From NCBI RefSeq assembly GCF_006345805.1, contig NC_043008.1:50654001-50718000 (forward strand): a DNA stretch of 64,000 bases. Direction: 5' to 3'. A program made the position numbers and the translations under genes. Source of the stretch: Octopus sinensis (Eukaryota). The notes under the pieces were generated by a model, which was given only the letters and a program-made list of their open reading frames with translations, did not search any database and had not been told where the DNA came from. Below are positions 1 through 12,537 of the stretch, piece by piece (within the stretch, counting starts at the first letter, position 1; the number at the start of each line of letters is the position of its first letter).

Positions 1-485
1 TACATCTTTGTGGATTCTCGTATGAGCAAGAGTACATGTGCCATACAACCTGCGTAAGGGTGTTTCCACATCCATGTCTGTTAACGGTTATATTTAATAC
101 TTTTCTTGCTGTATTGCATGTTCATTTCTTTGTGGCATTTGTTATTTCATTACTGATCTTCCATATAAATGAAGGTAGATCTGTTAATTTGCTGCTTTTC
201 TTTACACAAATTGAGAAGATACTTTGTGGAACTGTTATTTTAATGAGTTGTATCTATTTATCTCTTGAAGAGACACATCTGCACCATTGGATGCTCCTGA
301 ACCAGTTAAGAATCCTACTCATTAGGGATTGATGCTAGCTGATGGGTTGAAACAATCCTAGTGATTAATTAAAATTCTCGTATCTTCCATCTTCTGTCTC
401 TCATTAACCAAATGCATAACGAGCACTGTGAAAGTGATCGTGCTTTACCAGTAAGCCACCATGTATAAACCATTTGTTTTATTAC

Positions 486-533
<48 letters not shown>

Positions 534-639
534 TCATCATCATCATCGTTTAACATCTGTTTTCCATGCTAGCATGGGCTGGACGGTTTGACCGAGGTCT
601 GGGAAGCCAGGAGGCTGCACCAGTCTCCAGTCTGATCTA

Positions 640-950
640 ACCCAACATAGATTAGGGTTCAGATTTAGAGCTAGGACTTGGGAAGTATGAATCAGTTTGG
701 GAAAGGAAGATATAGAAGCGTAAAAATCCATCAAAGAATCAGAAATTTAGAGAAATTCTTGGTGAAGCATTTGGCAAAAGAAGGGAGGCAGACATATATA
801 AACTCATAGCAAAGAGGGCAACTGGAGGCTCCTGTACAACAACCTGCTGAGGGCCAGAGAACAAACTTGTAGTCGGTGTAAGGGTCCAGCTAGATGGAAG
901 GTGATCTGGTGGTGGGACAGTGAGGTAGACAGAACCATAAAAACAAACAA
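640..950 (+). mobile_element. Degenerate RTE-clade LINE ORF fragment (endonuclease-RT linker)
   Basis: Broken translation gives NWRLLYNNLLRA...CKGPARWKVIWWWDSEVDRTIK, matching the WWW(N/D)xEV motif typical of this linker. Confidence 0.65.
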
Positions 951-1432
951 ACAAAGTTGTAAATCATGGTGGATGACCTCCTGACAAATTGGAGAACCTC
1001 CTGCTTCACTGTCTACTTTGGCATGGTTTCTACAATTCGATACTCTTCCTAATACCAGCCAATTTACCTAGTGTACTGAGTGCTCTTTTGTGGTTTTACT
1101 GCTAGTGAAGGTCACCTCATAACCTACAGGGCTATGGGCCTAAAGTGGAAGTAAATGTTGGCATGTGCAAAACTCAAGTCAAATGATGCATGTTGTCATT
1201 TGTGCTGCCAATCCCATGCTTCCCCCAGCAGCTTGGTTAAGAGTTGTGGTTGATATCCACGTCCCTGCTTGAGTCATTGAATATCTAATGGGAAGAACTT
1301 GCTGCAGTGTTGTCTGCTGAAGTAAAGCCATTGGTTGTTTTTTCTAGTGGCAAGGGTACCAGGCATGGATGGCATTCCACTGGAGACCATAAAGTTTGAA
1401 AAGAGCATCTTGTATGATCAGCACAGGCAAGT

Positions 1433-1804
1433 GGAGGCGCAGTGGCCCATTGGTTAAGGCAGTGGACTCACAGTCGGAGGATCGCAGTTTCGATTCCCAG
1501 ACCAGGCGTTGTGTGTGTTTATTGAGCGAAAACACCTAAAGCTCCACGAGGCTCTGGCAGGGGGTGGTGGCGACCCCTGTTGTACTCTTTCGCTCCAACT
1601 TTCTCTCACTCTTTCTTCCTGTTTCTTGTCCCCGACTTCCTACGCAAGCGCTGAGCCTGGATGCGCATTCATCCATCCGTCGACGCTCTCGGTGTCGGGG
1701 GTTGACCTGCTTTCTCTTCTGCGGGTCTTACGAATAGCAAAGGACCACGTTTCGGACTTCTCCCACTAATGGGACGAAGACCACTTTGCTCAACAAACAA
1801 ACAA
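1433..1804 (+). mobile_element. tRNA-derived SINE with CpG-rich structured 3' domain and (AAAC)n tail
   Basis: A-box-like TGGCCCATTGG, B-box-like GTTTCGATTCC, ~370 bp, tail caacaaacaaacaa. Confidence 0.8.
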
Positions 1805-2899
1805 TCAGCTATAGGGCCAGTGCTGGAAAGGAGGCGCAGTTCCACAGGATATGAGAGACTGCAGTATTGTACTCAGTACAAGAAGAGAGGATATAGGAAT
1901 GATTTCATCAAGCACAGAGGAATTTTATTTTTATTTATGATAGGGGACCAAGACTCCTGGTGGTTTGCTGTGCTTGAAAAGACATATTAAGCTAAGTAAA
2001 AATGTGGTCACCCTTGCATACAGGATCGTCCCCTGCAACCCCCTCCAGCTGAGCATCCCTAATCTTGCTGGCTCTTAAGTGTTGGTGCCACGTAAAAAGT
2101 ACCTGGGTTGGTGCTGCTTAAAAGCACCCAACACACTCTGTAAAGCGGTTGGCATTAGAAAGGGCATCCAGCCATATGAACCATGCCAAAACAGACACGG
2201 AGCATGAACAACCCTTCAACTGATCAGCTCCTGTCAAACTGTCCAATGAAGGTCTTTGCAGATTGCAGAAAATCACTGAAAGGGCATTCCTTGAGTCTCA
2301 GTTTGACTTCAGGCCATTCCACAATTCACATGTTTTTTCTCCCTACAACAATAAGAAAAATGCTTAGAGCAAACACAACAACTTTATATTGCTTTCATTG
2401 CTCTCAAGAAGGCCCCTGACCATGTGAGTAGAGATGGTGACATATATGTGGTAAAACACACAAAAAGTAAGCGAAACACAGGTACGTGAGTGAGTTGTAG
2501 GCAGATTTACTTCTGCCTTTATAGTGCGTAAAGAAAACGGTGTTGTAGGACGTGTACTACAGCAGTCCTATATGTAGCTTAAATACTGAGATTGAAAAGC
2601 AGGGGCGAATTATGCCGACCTAATCTACAAAAAAGTAAAATATTTTGGGTTTTATGCAGAGTAATCAGAGTAACCTTCAAAATTTTATTGAATTAGGTCC
2701 ATATTTTGCCATAACTGGAAAATGTTGCTAGTGATCTATTTAATTCAAGGTAGGCACTGCCTATCTAGGTGGCATGTCCCTGGTGTAATATATATATGTA
2801 GAAGCATCTGTTAATCTCTCAAGTTCCTGCATCTTGTTTTAGTTTTGTTGGTAGAACAGCATCTGTTGTGACTGTAGACACCAAAATGTGAGTAACCAT

Positions 2900-3565
2900 C
2901 TTGGGTGCACTGGCTACGCATGAGGGCTCTGCTTGTCAGTTTTCTCTTGGTACAGTTTCTTCATTAAATTTGCTCTTCTGTATTGTCTGCCTCTCCTCAT
3001 GTCTTTTTAAACCCTTCTCTAGTTGTAGTCTTCAGCAGGAGTGATCATCAGCAATGTCCTGCTTTTTAATATTCATTTAAAGGGCAATGAAGATGAGGTC
3101 GTCTTGTGTTCTCTTACTGGAGGCCAGTTCACCATATAGCAGGTCTTTTAGGACCTTCCCATCAGGCATGTTGTTTATATGGCCTAGCCAGCAGAAAGCT
3201 CTTTGTGGCAGTAGGATGAGAAGGTTGGGTCTCTGCATGTGACTTGGTCAGTCCACTTGATGTTCAGAATGTGTTTCAGGTTGCATATGTGGAAGATATT
3301 AAGACCTTGCTCCTCCATCATCATCATCGTCATTTAATGTCCACTTTCCATGCTGGCATGTGTTGGACGGTTTGACTGAGGACTGGCAAACCAGAAGGCT
3401 GCACCAGGCTCTGGTCTGAACTGGTAAGGTTTCTTACAGCTGGATGCCCTTCTTAACACCAACCACTCCAAGAGATATTCCAGGTCTCTCTGTTGTAAAG
3501 CAATGTGCTGAGAACATAAACTCTGTCGACTGCAACCTTGATGTGTACTGTGGAGGAGGATACTC
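2900..3565 (-). mobile_element. Degenerate RTE LINE RT C-terminal fragment, interrupted by an RTE-tail SINE at ~3316-3476
   Basis: Minus-strand translation: IKVAVDRVYVLSTLLYNRETW ... FHICNLKHILNIKW ... WLGHINNMPDG ... KDLLYGELAS, with stops and frameshifts. Confidence 0.75.
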
Positions 3566-3574
3566 TGAAAGTAT

Positions 3575-4980
3575 AGTTGCCTAACAAAGAGCAGGATGGA
3601 GACAATTCAGAGAACCATTACTTCTGTTGATAACAAAAGCTCTGTCTCTCTCTCTCTCTCTCTGTCGAAGTGAAAGGCAGATTGAATGATGCTTATGTAT
3701 GAATAGCAATGTTAGATGCTAGTGAGACATGGACCCTGAATGCAGAGGACGTGTGAAGACAAAAGAGAAATGAAATTAGTGTGCATATTTGACAAAGTAG
3801 AAATTTGTTGAGAGAAAAACTAGGTATTATAGGATGGTAGAGTAGGATATAGCCTTGTCACCCTTATTGGTTAATCAGGTTATTCAGGAAGGTGCCCTAC
3901 CCAATGACTGGAGAAGTAACATTATAGTCAGCTCAAGGGTAAAGACGATACCTTACTTAGAAATAATTACAGAGGTATCAAATTGCTGGACCAGATCATG
4001 AAAGTTACTGAGAGAGTTATAGCCTGGTCGAATTAGGAACAGAATCAGTCTGTATGTGATGTACCTCCTTCAGGTAAATGGCCCTGCTCAATATGTGGGA
4101 TAGGTATTGACAGGAACCCCATACGATGTACCCAGGGCAAATTATGGACGGAATTACAGGAAGGTTAACAAAACAAGTAGTGCTTATGTGTAAAGGATGT
4201 GCAGGAGCAATGAACACTAAAGACCCATGGCTAACAAATTTTCTCAAATGCCTTGTAGGCTTCCTGGAGGTGTAGTTTCTCTTACCTGAGTGACCTAATT
4301 TGCAGTGGAGGAGGATGTTCTTAAAGTGTAGTTGCTAGAATAAGAATGGGATGGAGAAAGTTCAGAGAACTATTAGGCCTCTGTTGGCAACAAAAGGCTT
4401 CTCTGAGTGAAAGGCAGATTGTATGATGCTTGTTTACAAACAGTTACACTACATGGTAGAGATGTGGAACCTGAATGCAGAGGACATGTGAAGGCTAGAG
4501 AGTAATGAAGCTAGCATGCTTTGTTGGATATGCAATGTAAAAAGCACCATCCGATTGTGGTCGTTGCCAGCCTCGCCTGGCGCCCGTACCGGTGGCACGT
4601 AAAAAGCACCATCCGACTGTGGCCGTTTGCCAGCCCCGTCTGGCACCTGTTCCGGTGGCACGTAAAAAGCACCCACTACACTCACGGAGTCGTTGGCATT
4701 AGGAAGGGAATCCAGCTGTAGAAACCTTGCCAGATCAGACTGGGCCTGGTGCAGCCTTCTGGCTTCCCAGACCCCAGTTGAACCGTCCAACCCATGCTAG
4801 AATGGAAAGCGGACGTTAAACGATGATGATGATTATGATGAGTGTGCATGTATGACAGTGCTAATGTAGTGAGAGAAAAGTTATGTGCAAGAGAGAAGAC
4901 TGCACTGGTTTAGTTATGGAATGCATATCAGCGAGGACAGCTGCACGAAATAGTGCTGGTCACTTAAAGTAGATGGAACT
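3575..4980 (+). mobile_element. Scrambled RTE-type LINE RT fragments, interrupted by a SINE at ~4540-4832
   Basis: GWRQFRE...VKGRLNDA...SETWTLNAED (3590-3780); LPNDWRSNIIV...NNYRGIKLLDQIMKVTERVI (3870-4020); GWRKFRE...KGRLYDAC...NEASMLCWICNV (4330-4540); VQERRLHWF (4880-4920). Confidence 0.75.
4540..4832 (+). mobile_element. RTE-tail SINE ('family C') with three internal gtggcacgtaaaaagcacc units and (GAT)n tail
   Basis: Conserved 3' block ggcattaggaagggaatccagctgtagaaa...catgctag...gttaaacgatgatgatg, shared by more than 20 copies in the window. Confidence 0.85.
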
Positions 4981-5521
4981 AAAGTAGATGCAGATGTAGC
5001 GGTATAGGAAGGGTAGCTATATGAGAGGGTGGGGTGGCAGAGATGGAGTGCCCTAGGAGTAATAGCTGATTCAAGATGTTCAGATGAAGCATGGCAGAAG
5101 AGGGGGAAGAATAGCTGGGGGCACATGGGAAGGAAGGAAGACATGAACCTGAGGTACAAAGGGTTAGGGGATATAATGTGTCAGGGAGGGATGGTTGTTG
5201 GGGAAGGGTTGGTGGGTAGGGAGATGAGATGCATTGAGTGTCTTCTGGGGTCTCTCTCTCTCCCTTAAGTTCCATCAGTTTTAAGTGATTGTCACATTAT
5301 ACAGCTGTTTTCATCCATACACGTCACATGACCATACCAGCAGAATTTTCTCTTACACGCCGTATGTATATTTATATGTGTGTGTGTATGTTTATATGGG
5401 TGTGTTTAAATATATGGGTGTGTAAGTACATGTGTATGCATATATATAAACAAAAAAAAATTTCAAAGTAGATATTTTGAATAGCAATGAATCTTCTACA
5501 GAACAATATATATATATATAT

Positions 5522-5936
5522 ACTCTTTACTCTTTTACTTGTTTCTGTCATTTGACTGCGGCCATGCTGGAGCACCGCCTTTAGTCGAGCAAATCGACCC
5601 CGGGACTTATTCTTTGTAAGCCCAGTACTTATTCTATCGGTCTCTTTTGCCGAACCGCAAAGTGACGGGGACGTAAACACACCAGCATCGGTTGTCAAGC
5701 AATGCTAGGGGGACAAACACAGACACACAAACATATACACACACACACTTATATATATATATATACATATATACGACAGGCTTCTTTCAGTTTCCGTCTA
5801 CCAAATCCACTCACAAGGCATTGGTCGGCCCGGGGCTATAGCAGAAGACACTTGCCCAAGATGCCGTGCAGTGGGACTGAACCCGGAACCATGTGGTTGG
5901 TTAGCAAGCTGCTTACCACACAGCCACTCCTGCGCC
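5522..5936 (-). mobile_element. Full-length tRNA-derived SINE ('family A', OK/OR-like octopus SINE; exact family not verified)
   Basis: Head ggcgcaggagtggctgtgtggtaag..ggttccgggttcagtccc, central (TA)(TG) linker, 3' module ending aagtaaaagagtaaagag; sits in (TA)n. Confidence 0.9.
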
Positions 5937-6434
5937 TATATATATAATAGTAAATGTTTTGAAGAGTGTAACCAAGAAATGTTATATTTAGAATTCCATT
6001 CATCTTTTGCATTCATTTTGTTCGACTGATTGTTAATTCTCTTTTTATTATTTGCCAAAAAGAAAACTATCTCTGTTTCAGTTTATTTAAAACCCATTAA
6101 TCTCTTTATTTTTACGTGTTTTGTTTGAATATTTTAATACATCCAGTGAAGACTTAACCAGTACAAATAGGTCATGTTGAATGGGTTTAGAAAAAAAGAT
6201 TTTTATTTACAAATAACTCTAGGAAAAACATTAGCAACCTTTCTAGCGTTTTGCTAGTAATTTAACCTTGTTTATATATACATACATACATACGTGTAGC
6301 GTGTATGTACATTTACGATTGTAGATTTTTGTGTATGTTTTATTTATAGTAACTATGTGTATGAGTGTGTGTGTGTATACACATGAATATATTTGTGGAC
6401 ATTATATAATTATATAATTATATATATATATAAT

Positions 6435-6647
6435 CTTTTCTACTATAGGCACAAGGCTTGAAATTTGGGGGAGGAGAATAGTCAATTAGATCGACCCCAG
6501 TACTCAACTAGTACTTAATTTATCAACCCCGAAAGGATGAAAGGCAAAGTCGACCTCGGTGGAATTTGAACTCCAAACATAGTGGCAGACAAAATATGGC
6601 TAAGCATTTTGCCTGGCATGCTAATGATTCTGCCAGCTTGCTGCCTT
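6435..6647 (-). mobile_element. tRNA-derived SINE ('family B')
   Basis: Matches ggcgagctggcagaa..ttagca..gagttcaaattcc.ccgaggtcgactttgcctttcatcctttcggggtcgataaa consensus on the minus strand. Confidence 0.8.
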
Positions 6648-6794
6648 AATATGTCCACATTTCTCATTGGCATGGGTTGGTCAGGTTCACTGATGCATTG
6701 TATTATAGGCAGATACCCACTTTGTTACATAATTTTGCTTCATAACAAGCAGGAATATGATGTACATATTCCCAAACTGGGATGTACCTGATCA

Positions 6795-7520
6795 ATCATC
6801 ATCATCATCATCATCATCATCATTTAACGTCCGCTTTCCATGCTAGCATGGGTTGGACGGTTCAACTGGGGTCTGGGGAGCCCGAAGGCTGCACCAGGCC
6901 AGTCAGATCTGGCAGTGTTTCTACAGCTGGATGCCCTTCCTAACACCAACCACTCCGAGAGTGTAGTGGGTGATTTTATGTGCCACCGACACAGGTGCCA
7001 GACGAGGCTGGCGAACGGCCACGCTTGGATGGTGTTTTTATGTGCCACCGACACAGGTGCCAGACGAAGCTGGCGAACGGCCACGCTCGGATGGTGTTTT
7101 TATGTGCCACCGACACAGGTGCCAGACAAGGCTAGCAGACGACCACGCTCGGATGGTGTTTTTATGTGCCACCGACACAGGTGCCAGACGAGGCTGGCGA
7201 ACGGCCACGCTCGGATGGTGTTTTTATGTGCCACCGACACAGGTGCCAGACAAGGCTAGCAGACGACCACGCTCGGATGGTGTTTTTTTATGTGCCACCG
7301 ACACAGGTGCCAGACGAGGCTGGCGAACGGCCATGCTCGGATGGTGTTTTTATGTGCCACCGACACAGGTGCCAGACAAGGCTAGCAGACGACCACGCTC
7401 GGATGGTGGTTTTTATGTGCCACCGACACACGAGCCAGATTAGGCTGGCGATCGGCCACGATTGGATGGTGATTGTTACGTGCCCACAGCATGGAGGCCA
7501 GTCGGTGCGGTACTGGCTAT
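6795..7520 (-). mobile_element. Family C SINE with expanded internal 62-bp tandem array
   Basis: (CAT)n tail at 6795-6825, conserved 3' block, then eight ~62-bp units. Confidence 0.9.
6978..7476. repeat. Minisatellite, ~8 x 62 bp
   Basis: atgtgccacc recurs at 6978, 7040, 7102, 7164, 7226, 7290, 7352, 7415. Confidence 0.95.
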
Positions 7521-7774
7521 TTGTTAAATCCTTTAGCATTTGAGCCAGCCATATCCAGCCCAAATATTCGACCTGTTTTATGTTCAAACTGACCTGATTC
7601 AGCCTCTCACACCTTCCCTACAATGTCATTCAAAAAACTATACAATGACCTCATTGAAATCTTGAAGCTTCAAGGTAATCAATCCATGATTAATTCAAAA
7701 CAATGTGAATAAATGATTACATTTGATAAAATAATCTGAATGCTAAATATATATAGTTTTATCTTTTAATGGGT

Positions 7775-8150
7775 TCAATCATTAGACTGTGGCAATGCTG
7801 GGGCAATGCCTTGAAGTTTAATCTAATCAATTGACCACTACATTTTTTTCTTAAGCCTGGCACTTATTCTATCAGTTTATTTTGCTGAACTGCTAAGTTA
7901 TGGGGTTGTGAACATGTCAACACTAGTTGTCAAGCGGCAGTGGTGGACAAACTCAAACATAAAAAGATGCACACACACACACACACAGAGTGGGATTCTT
8001 TCAGTTTCTGTTCACCAAATCCTCTCACAAGGCTTTGGTTGGCCTCAGGCTATAGTAGAAGACACTTGCTCAAGGTGTCATGTAGTGGGACTGAACCAGG
8101 AACCATGTGGTTAGGAAGTGAACTTCTTACCACATGGCCACACCTGCGCC
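7775..8150 (-). mobile_element. Family A SINE, diverged
   Basis: Both modules and the CA linker are recognisable. Confidence 0.8.
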
Positions 8151-8299
8151 TATAATCATGCGTGTGTCTGTGTAGTGTGTTTACTTATAAGCGTTTATAT
8201 ACCTATGTGTTTACTTTTTTTTATTTATGATAAATATATTTATATATCAAGATACATCTATGGTTTTATGTGTGTACGTGTATGTGTGGTGTATATATA

Positions 8300-8330
<31 letters not shown>

Positions 8331-8669
8331 GAAGGCGCATGGCTCAGTGGTTAGAGCGTCGAGCTTACGATCGTGAGGTTGTGAGCTCGAATCCTGGACT
8401 GGGCTGCGTGTTGTGTTCTTGAGCAAGGCACTTTATTTCATGTTGCTCCAGTTCACTCAGCTGTAGAAATGAGTTACGACGTCACTGGTGCCAAGCTGTA
8501 TCGACCTTTGTCTTTCCTTTGGATGACATCAGTGGCGTGGAGAGGGGAGGCTGGTATGCATGGGCGACTGCTGGTCTTCCATAAACAACCTTGCCCGGAC
8601 TTGTGTCTAGGAGGGTAACTTTCTAGGTGCAATCCCATGGTCATTCATGACCGAAGGGGGTCTTTACCC

Positions 8670-8670
<1 letters not shown>
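8331..8670 (+). mobile_element. tRNA-derived CORE-type SINE
   Basis: Head ggcgcatggctcagtggttagagcg..ctcgaatcc; 8413-8473 ttgagcaaggcactttatttcatgttgctccagttcactcagctgtagaaatgag resembles the CORE domain; flanked by (TA)n. Confidence 0.75.
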
Positions 8671-8721
<51 letters not shown>

Positions 8722-8904
8722 CACTCTGCTGAGTGGTTGGTGTTAGGAAGGGCATCCAGCTGTAAAACTCGTGCCAAAATAGTCACTGAAGTCCGGTGCA
8801 GGCATTGGCCTGGCTGGCTCTTGTAGTACCATCCCACCCACTCTAGCATGGAATGCGGACGTTAAATGATGATGATGATATATCTTTCTATATATGTATA
8901 TATA

Positions 8905-9287
8905 TATGTCATTTGACTGTGGCCATGCTGGAGCACTGCCTTCTAGTCAAACAAATCGACCCCAGAGCTTATTGTTTATAAGCCTAGTACTTATTCTGTC
9001 CGTCTCTTTTGCTGAACCACTAAGTTACGGGGATGTAAACACAACATTGGTTGTCAAGCAATGGTGAGGGAACAAGCACACACACAAACACTCACATAAA
9101 TACTTACACACACACACACACACATGACAGGCTTCTTTCAGTTTCTGTCTACCAAATCCACTCACATGACTTTAGTTGGCCTGAGACTATAGTAGAAGAC
9201 CTTTGTCCAAGGTGCCATGCAATGGGACTGAACCCAGAACCATATGGTTGGGAAGCAAGCTTCTTACCACACAGCCACACCTGCACC
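8905..9287 (-). mobile_element. Family A SINE
   Basis: Both modules present on the minus strand. Confidence 0.8.
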
Positions 9288-9679
9288 TATATATACATAT
9301 ATATATATAGTATCTGAGATGTAGTTAAATTTTACCCTGATGAAGCAGCACTGGTAATTAACACTATGATGCTCACCAATATGCATAATTTGCAGTGTGC
9401 ATCAGCTTGCAGTGGAAATGCATGTAGGTACTGACAAAGAAAGATGTGATTAACCGAATAACAAAACCTGGATATGTAAATCTCTGTTCCCCTGATATTT
9501 ATTAATATATGTATATATATATATATATATATACATATTTATTTGTAATGCTGACCTGTATACCTATATATAGCATGAGAGGTCTTTGTCTTGTGGGCTT
9601 GCAGGTGCTGGTTCCATGTAAAAAGCATCCAGTTTGGTGTTGTCCTGTAGAAAGCACTCATGCTGGTGTCACATAAGGG

Positions 9680-9955
9680 ACACCTGTGCTGGTGTCATGT
9701 AAGGGGTACCTGTGCCGGTGTCATGTAAGGGGTGCCGGTGTCATGTAAGGGGTACCTGTGCCGGTGTCATGTAAGGGATACCCGTGCCGATGTCATGTAA
9801 GGGATACCCATGCCGGTGTCATGTAAGGGATACTGTGCCGGTGTCATGTAAGGGGTACCCGTGCCGATGTCATGTAAGGGGTACCCGTGCCGATGTCATG
9901 TAAGGAGTACCCGTGCCGATGTCATGTGAAAAGGCACCCATGCTGGTGTCACACA
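9680..9955. repeat. Minisatellite, ~10 x 26 bp (gtgtcatgtaaggggtacccgtgccg)
   Basis: Direct tandem units visible; the unit resembles the family C internal gtgccacgtaaaaagcacc motif. Confidence 0.9.
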
Positions 9956-11059
9956 GGAAAGCACTTGTGTCAGAAGTATTTTATTGACTTTTGAAGGGTG
10001 AACGACGAAGTAGATCTAGTAGGGCTTGAATGTGGAATGTACTACATGATATGTTTTGCTTGATGCCAGAATGGATAGAGCTTCAATCTGCCATGTTTAG
10101 TTGGCAACTTGTTTACATATTTCTCTTGTAAATATTGCTCCATTCACATACTGTTTATGCTGGCACACACCCAGAAAAATTAGAACTTTCATAACATAAT
10201 GCTGATGTTTAAATTAACAAAACCCAAACCAAATGTAGGTGTTTAACCTGAGAAGCACTAAGTTAGAATTTGAAATTTTATAATTTAAACATTTATTAGA
10301 ATTTCAGTTCTTGGAATCGATATATTCCTCTAGACAAGCCAATCAACAATCATATGTCAAAATCAATTTAATTATTAATCAGTTTAATTATTGAGCATTC
10401 TATGATAATTGCATCTGTGTAATTTCAGTGATGGACCATCATTTGGTGTTATTGTTTCCTGACTTTCTAAACATACCTGGACGTGATTGACAGAAAAGTC
10501 TTTTTTTATCTCTCTTCGAGGGTGACCCCACACAGATTGCACATGCACGGCAAGGGGAGCCCTTTTCATGCAGCATGTCATACAAGGCATGGCTCATCGT
10601 CATCGGGGCCACATCATGAGCCACAGTTTACTCACGACTGGTTCAGAAGCACCAGTTGGTTTTTGTCTCCAAGGGGTTAATCTATAATCTCCTAATTTAC
10701 TGATTAATATCATCTGATAATTGTTTATTTTTGTATATCGTCATTATTTGTTAGCATGATAAATATAGGTTAGATCGTATTATACTTTTTCTTCAGTAGT
10801 AACAGTTTAGTTCAAAAGTCAAGTAAGCCAATCCATGACGTTAGAGTGCAGCTCACATCTGTGGAGGTAGTACGGGTGGTGGTGGTACACACACACACAC
10901 ATTCGATACAAAATAGCTCTCAGAGATGCTGTTTCTTCTTCTCTCTGCTACCTCTTCTTTCACTACCATCATGGTATTTGCCTCTGTGAACTGTCATATT
11001 TTCCGATATGCAAGTTGATGCAGGATATTGTGTAAACGTGCAAATGTCATCACTACCTT

Positions 11060-11190
11060 TCCAAACCTCGTTGCGTTTCACATGGAATTTTTGGTCCTCC
11101 AAAGCCATCTTGCTGTATAAGTTGACCTATATCGTTTTTGGCTGTGAATTTTGATCTACAAAAATTTGACCTGTATGCTGGAAAATATAG
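11060..11190. mobile_element. Tigger/pogo-like DNA transposon end; a second copy lies at ~36780-36915
   Basis: Shared tttttggtcctccaaag...aaaaatt(t/c)gac.tgta..ctggaaaata.ag block at both loci. Confidence 0.5.
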
Positions 11191-12089
11191 AATATCCTCT
11201 TCACCTGGGCCCTTTTTTCTCGCATGTTCCTTCCTCCTGTTACTAGTCTTCCAGAATCAAAGTTCACTGGTGGAGTTTCATTTTTTCTGTTTTTTTTTTT
11301 TTCATTACAATGGACCCCTGCAGCAGATGTTTAACTTGAACATCTCAACTGCACAAATTTCACCAATCTAGGGCTGTAACCTATAAAGGGTGTTTCTTCT
11401 CCTCCTCTTATAAAATATATGGAAGGGTCACTTGTTCATCCTTTTCCTAAAACCATCATCATTTAACATTTGTGTTCCATGCTAATACGGGTTGGATGGT
11501 TTGATAGGATCTGATTAGCCTGAGGGTAGAGCTGGTCTCCATTGACTGCTTTGGCAAGGCTTCTACAGCTGGATACCCTTTCTAATACCTACCACTTTAT
11601 AGGGAGCACTGGATGCATTTTTTTTTTTGTGGAACCAGCACTAGTGGGGCCACCAAATATCTTGCAAAATAAGACCCCTTGTCAGAGTAGGGATACAATG
11701 TTTAGGGAAGTGGCTTTGTGCCGGAAGCTAAAGTAGGAAAGGGAGACTGAAAGAGGTGTCTTACTGTAGAGGAGACATATGGCCACCCCAGCAAGAAAGG
11801 GAGTAAGGATGGTGGAGATAAGGTATCAAGGTGTACCCCTCAAGGCACAGGGAGTTAGGTAGAGAGAATATTTATAGAATTCCTTCAATGAAAATAACTT
11901 ATATAAGTGTATATTGTAAGTACACGTGGTAAATTCTAAATCTGGTTATTTCAGAGAATAAACGAATGGGCAAACTGATTATAGTATCAGATGGGTTACT
12001 TTATGATGTATGTTCTAGTTCTTTGTGTTTGAGTTCAAATTTCACCTTAGCCACTTTAGATGGTAGACTTAATCCATCACCCTACTTAA

Positions 12090-12537
12090 CTGCCACCATA
12101 TTTGTTTTGAGTTGCTTTGTGTTTCTTTCAATTAATTAAAAATATAAGAAAGTATTTAGTAAAATAACTTATCATTAAGCTGATGTTAGAAACATAAATT
12201 GTGACTAAGGTTTGGTGGAAGATTTTAATTCAGAACTTATGAAAATCAGACATTTGTACTACAAAGCGAGAGGCAGTTTCAGCTGGGTTGATATAAAAAG
12301 GGTTAAATTAATCATTTGTTAACCCTTTTCTTACCATATTTCTGTTGAGATACTCTGTGTTTCTTTCAATTTTAAATATAACAAAGAATTTAGTAAAAAT
12401 ACTTAGTTATCATTAAGCTGGTGTTAGGAACATAAATTGTGACTAAAGTTTGGAAGATTTTAATTCAAAACTTTTGGAAACAAGACATTTGTACTTCAGA
12501 GCCAGAGGCAGTTTCAACCGGGTTGGCATCAAAAGGG
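12090..12537. mobile_element. Two tandem ~215-bp piggyBac-type MITEs (12090-12302, 12323-12537)
   Basis: TTAA-flanked, termini CCCTTTT...AAAAGGG, homologous bodies. Confidence 0.75.

Noticed and set aside
36-53. ATG TGC CAT ACA ACC TGC|gtaagg as UBE4B exon 1
   Set aside because: Correct phase, but no resemblance to the acidic N-terminus preceding IRRRR and a weak -1 donor position.
20-110. Minus-strand GCMAHVLLL resembling the hAT CxxH motif
   Set aside because: Single short motif among multiple stops; no other transposase features.
1736-1790. Hammerhead on the minus strand (GAAAC-GTG-GTC with AGCAAAG/CTTTGCT stem)
   Set aside because: No CUGANGA core between stem I and stem II on either strand.
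6978-7476. CRISPR-like appearance of the regular arrays (also 54494-55460 and 58335-58850)
   Set aside because: No unique spacers, eukaryotic context, no cas genes; these are plain tandem repeats.
9337-9390. CTGATGAA hammerhead-like core
   Set aside because: Not followed by a closed stem II and GAAA.
10384-10680. piggyBac transposase remnant (GGG-TTAA terminus at 10674-10680 and a Cys-containing ORF)
   Set aside because: No partner terminus found, and the Cys spacing and orientation do not fit a piggyBac cysteine-rich domain.
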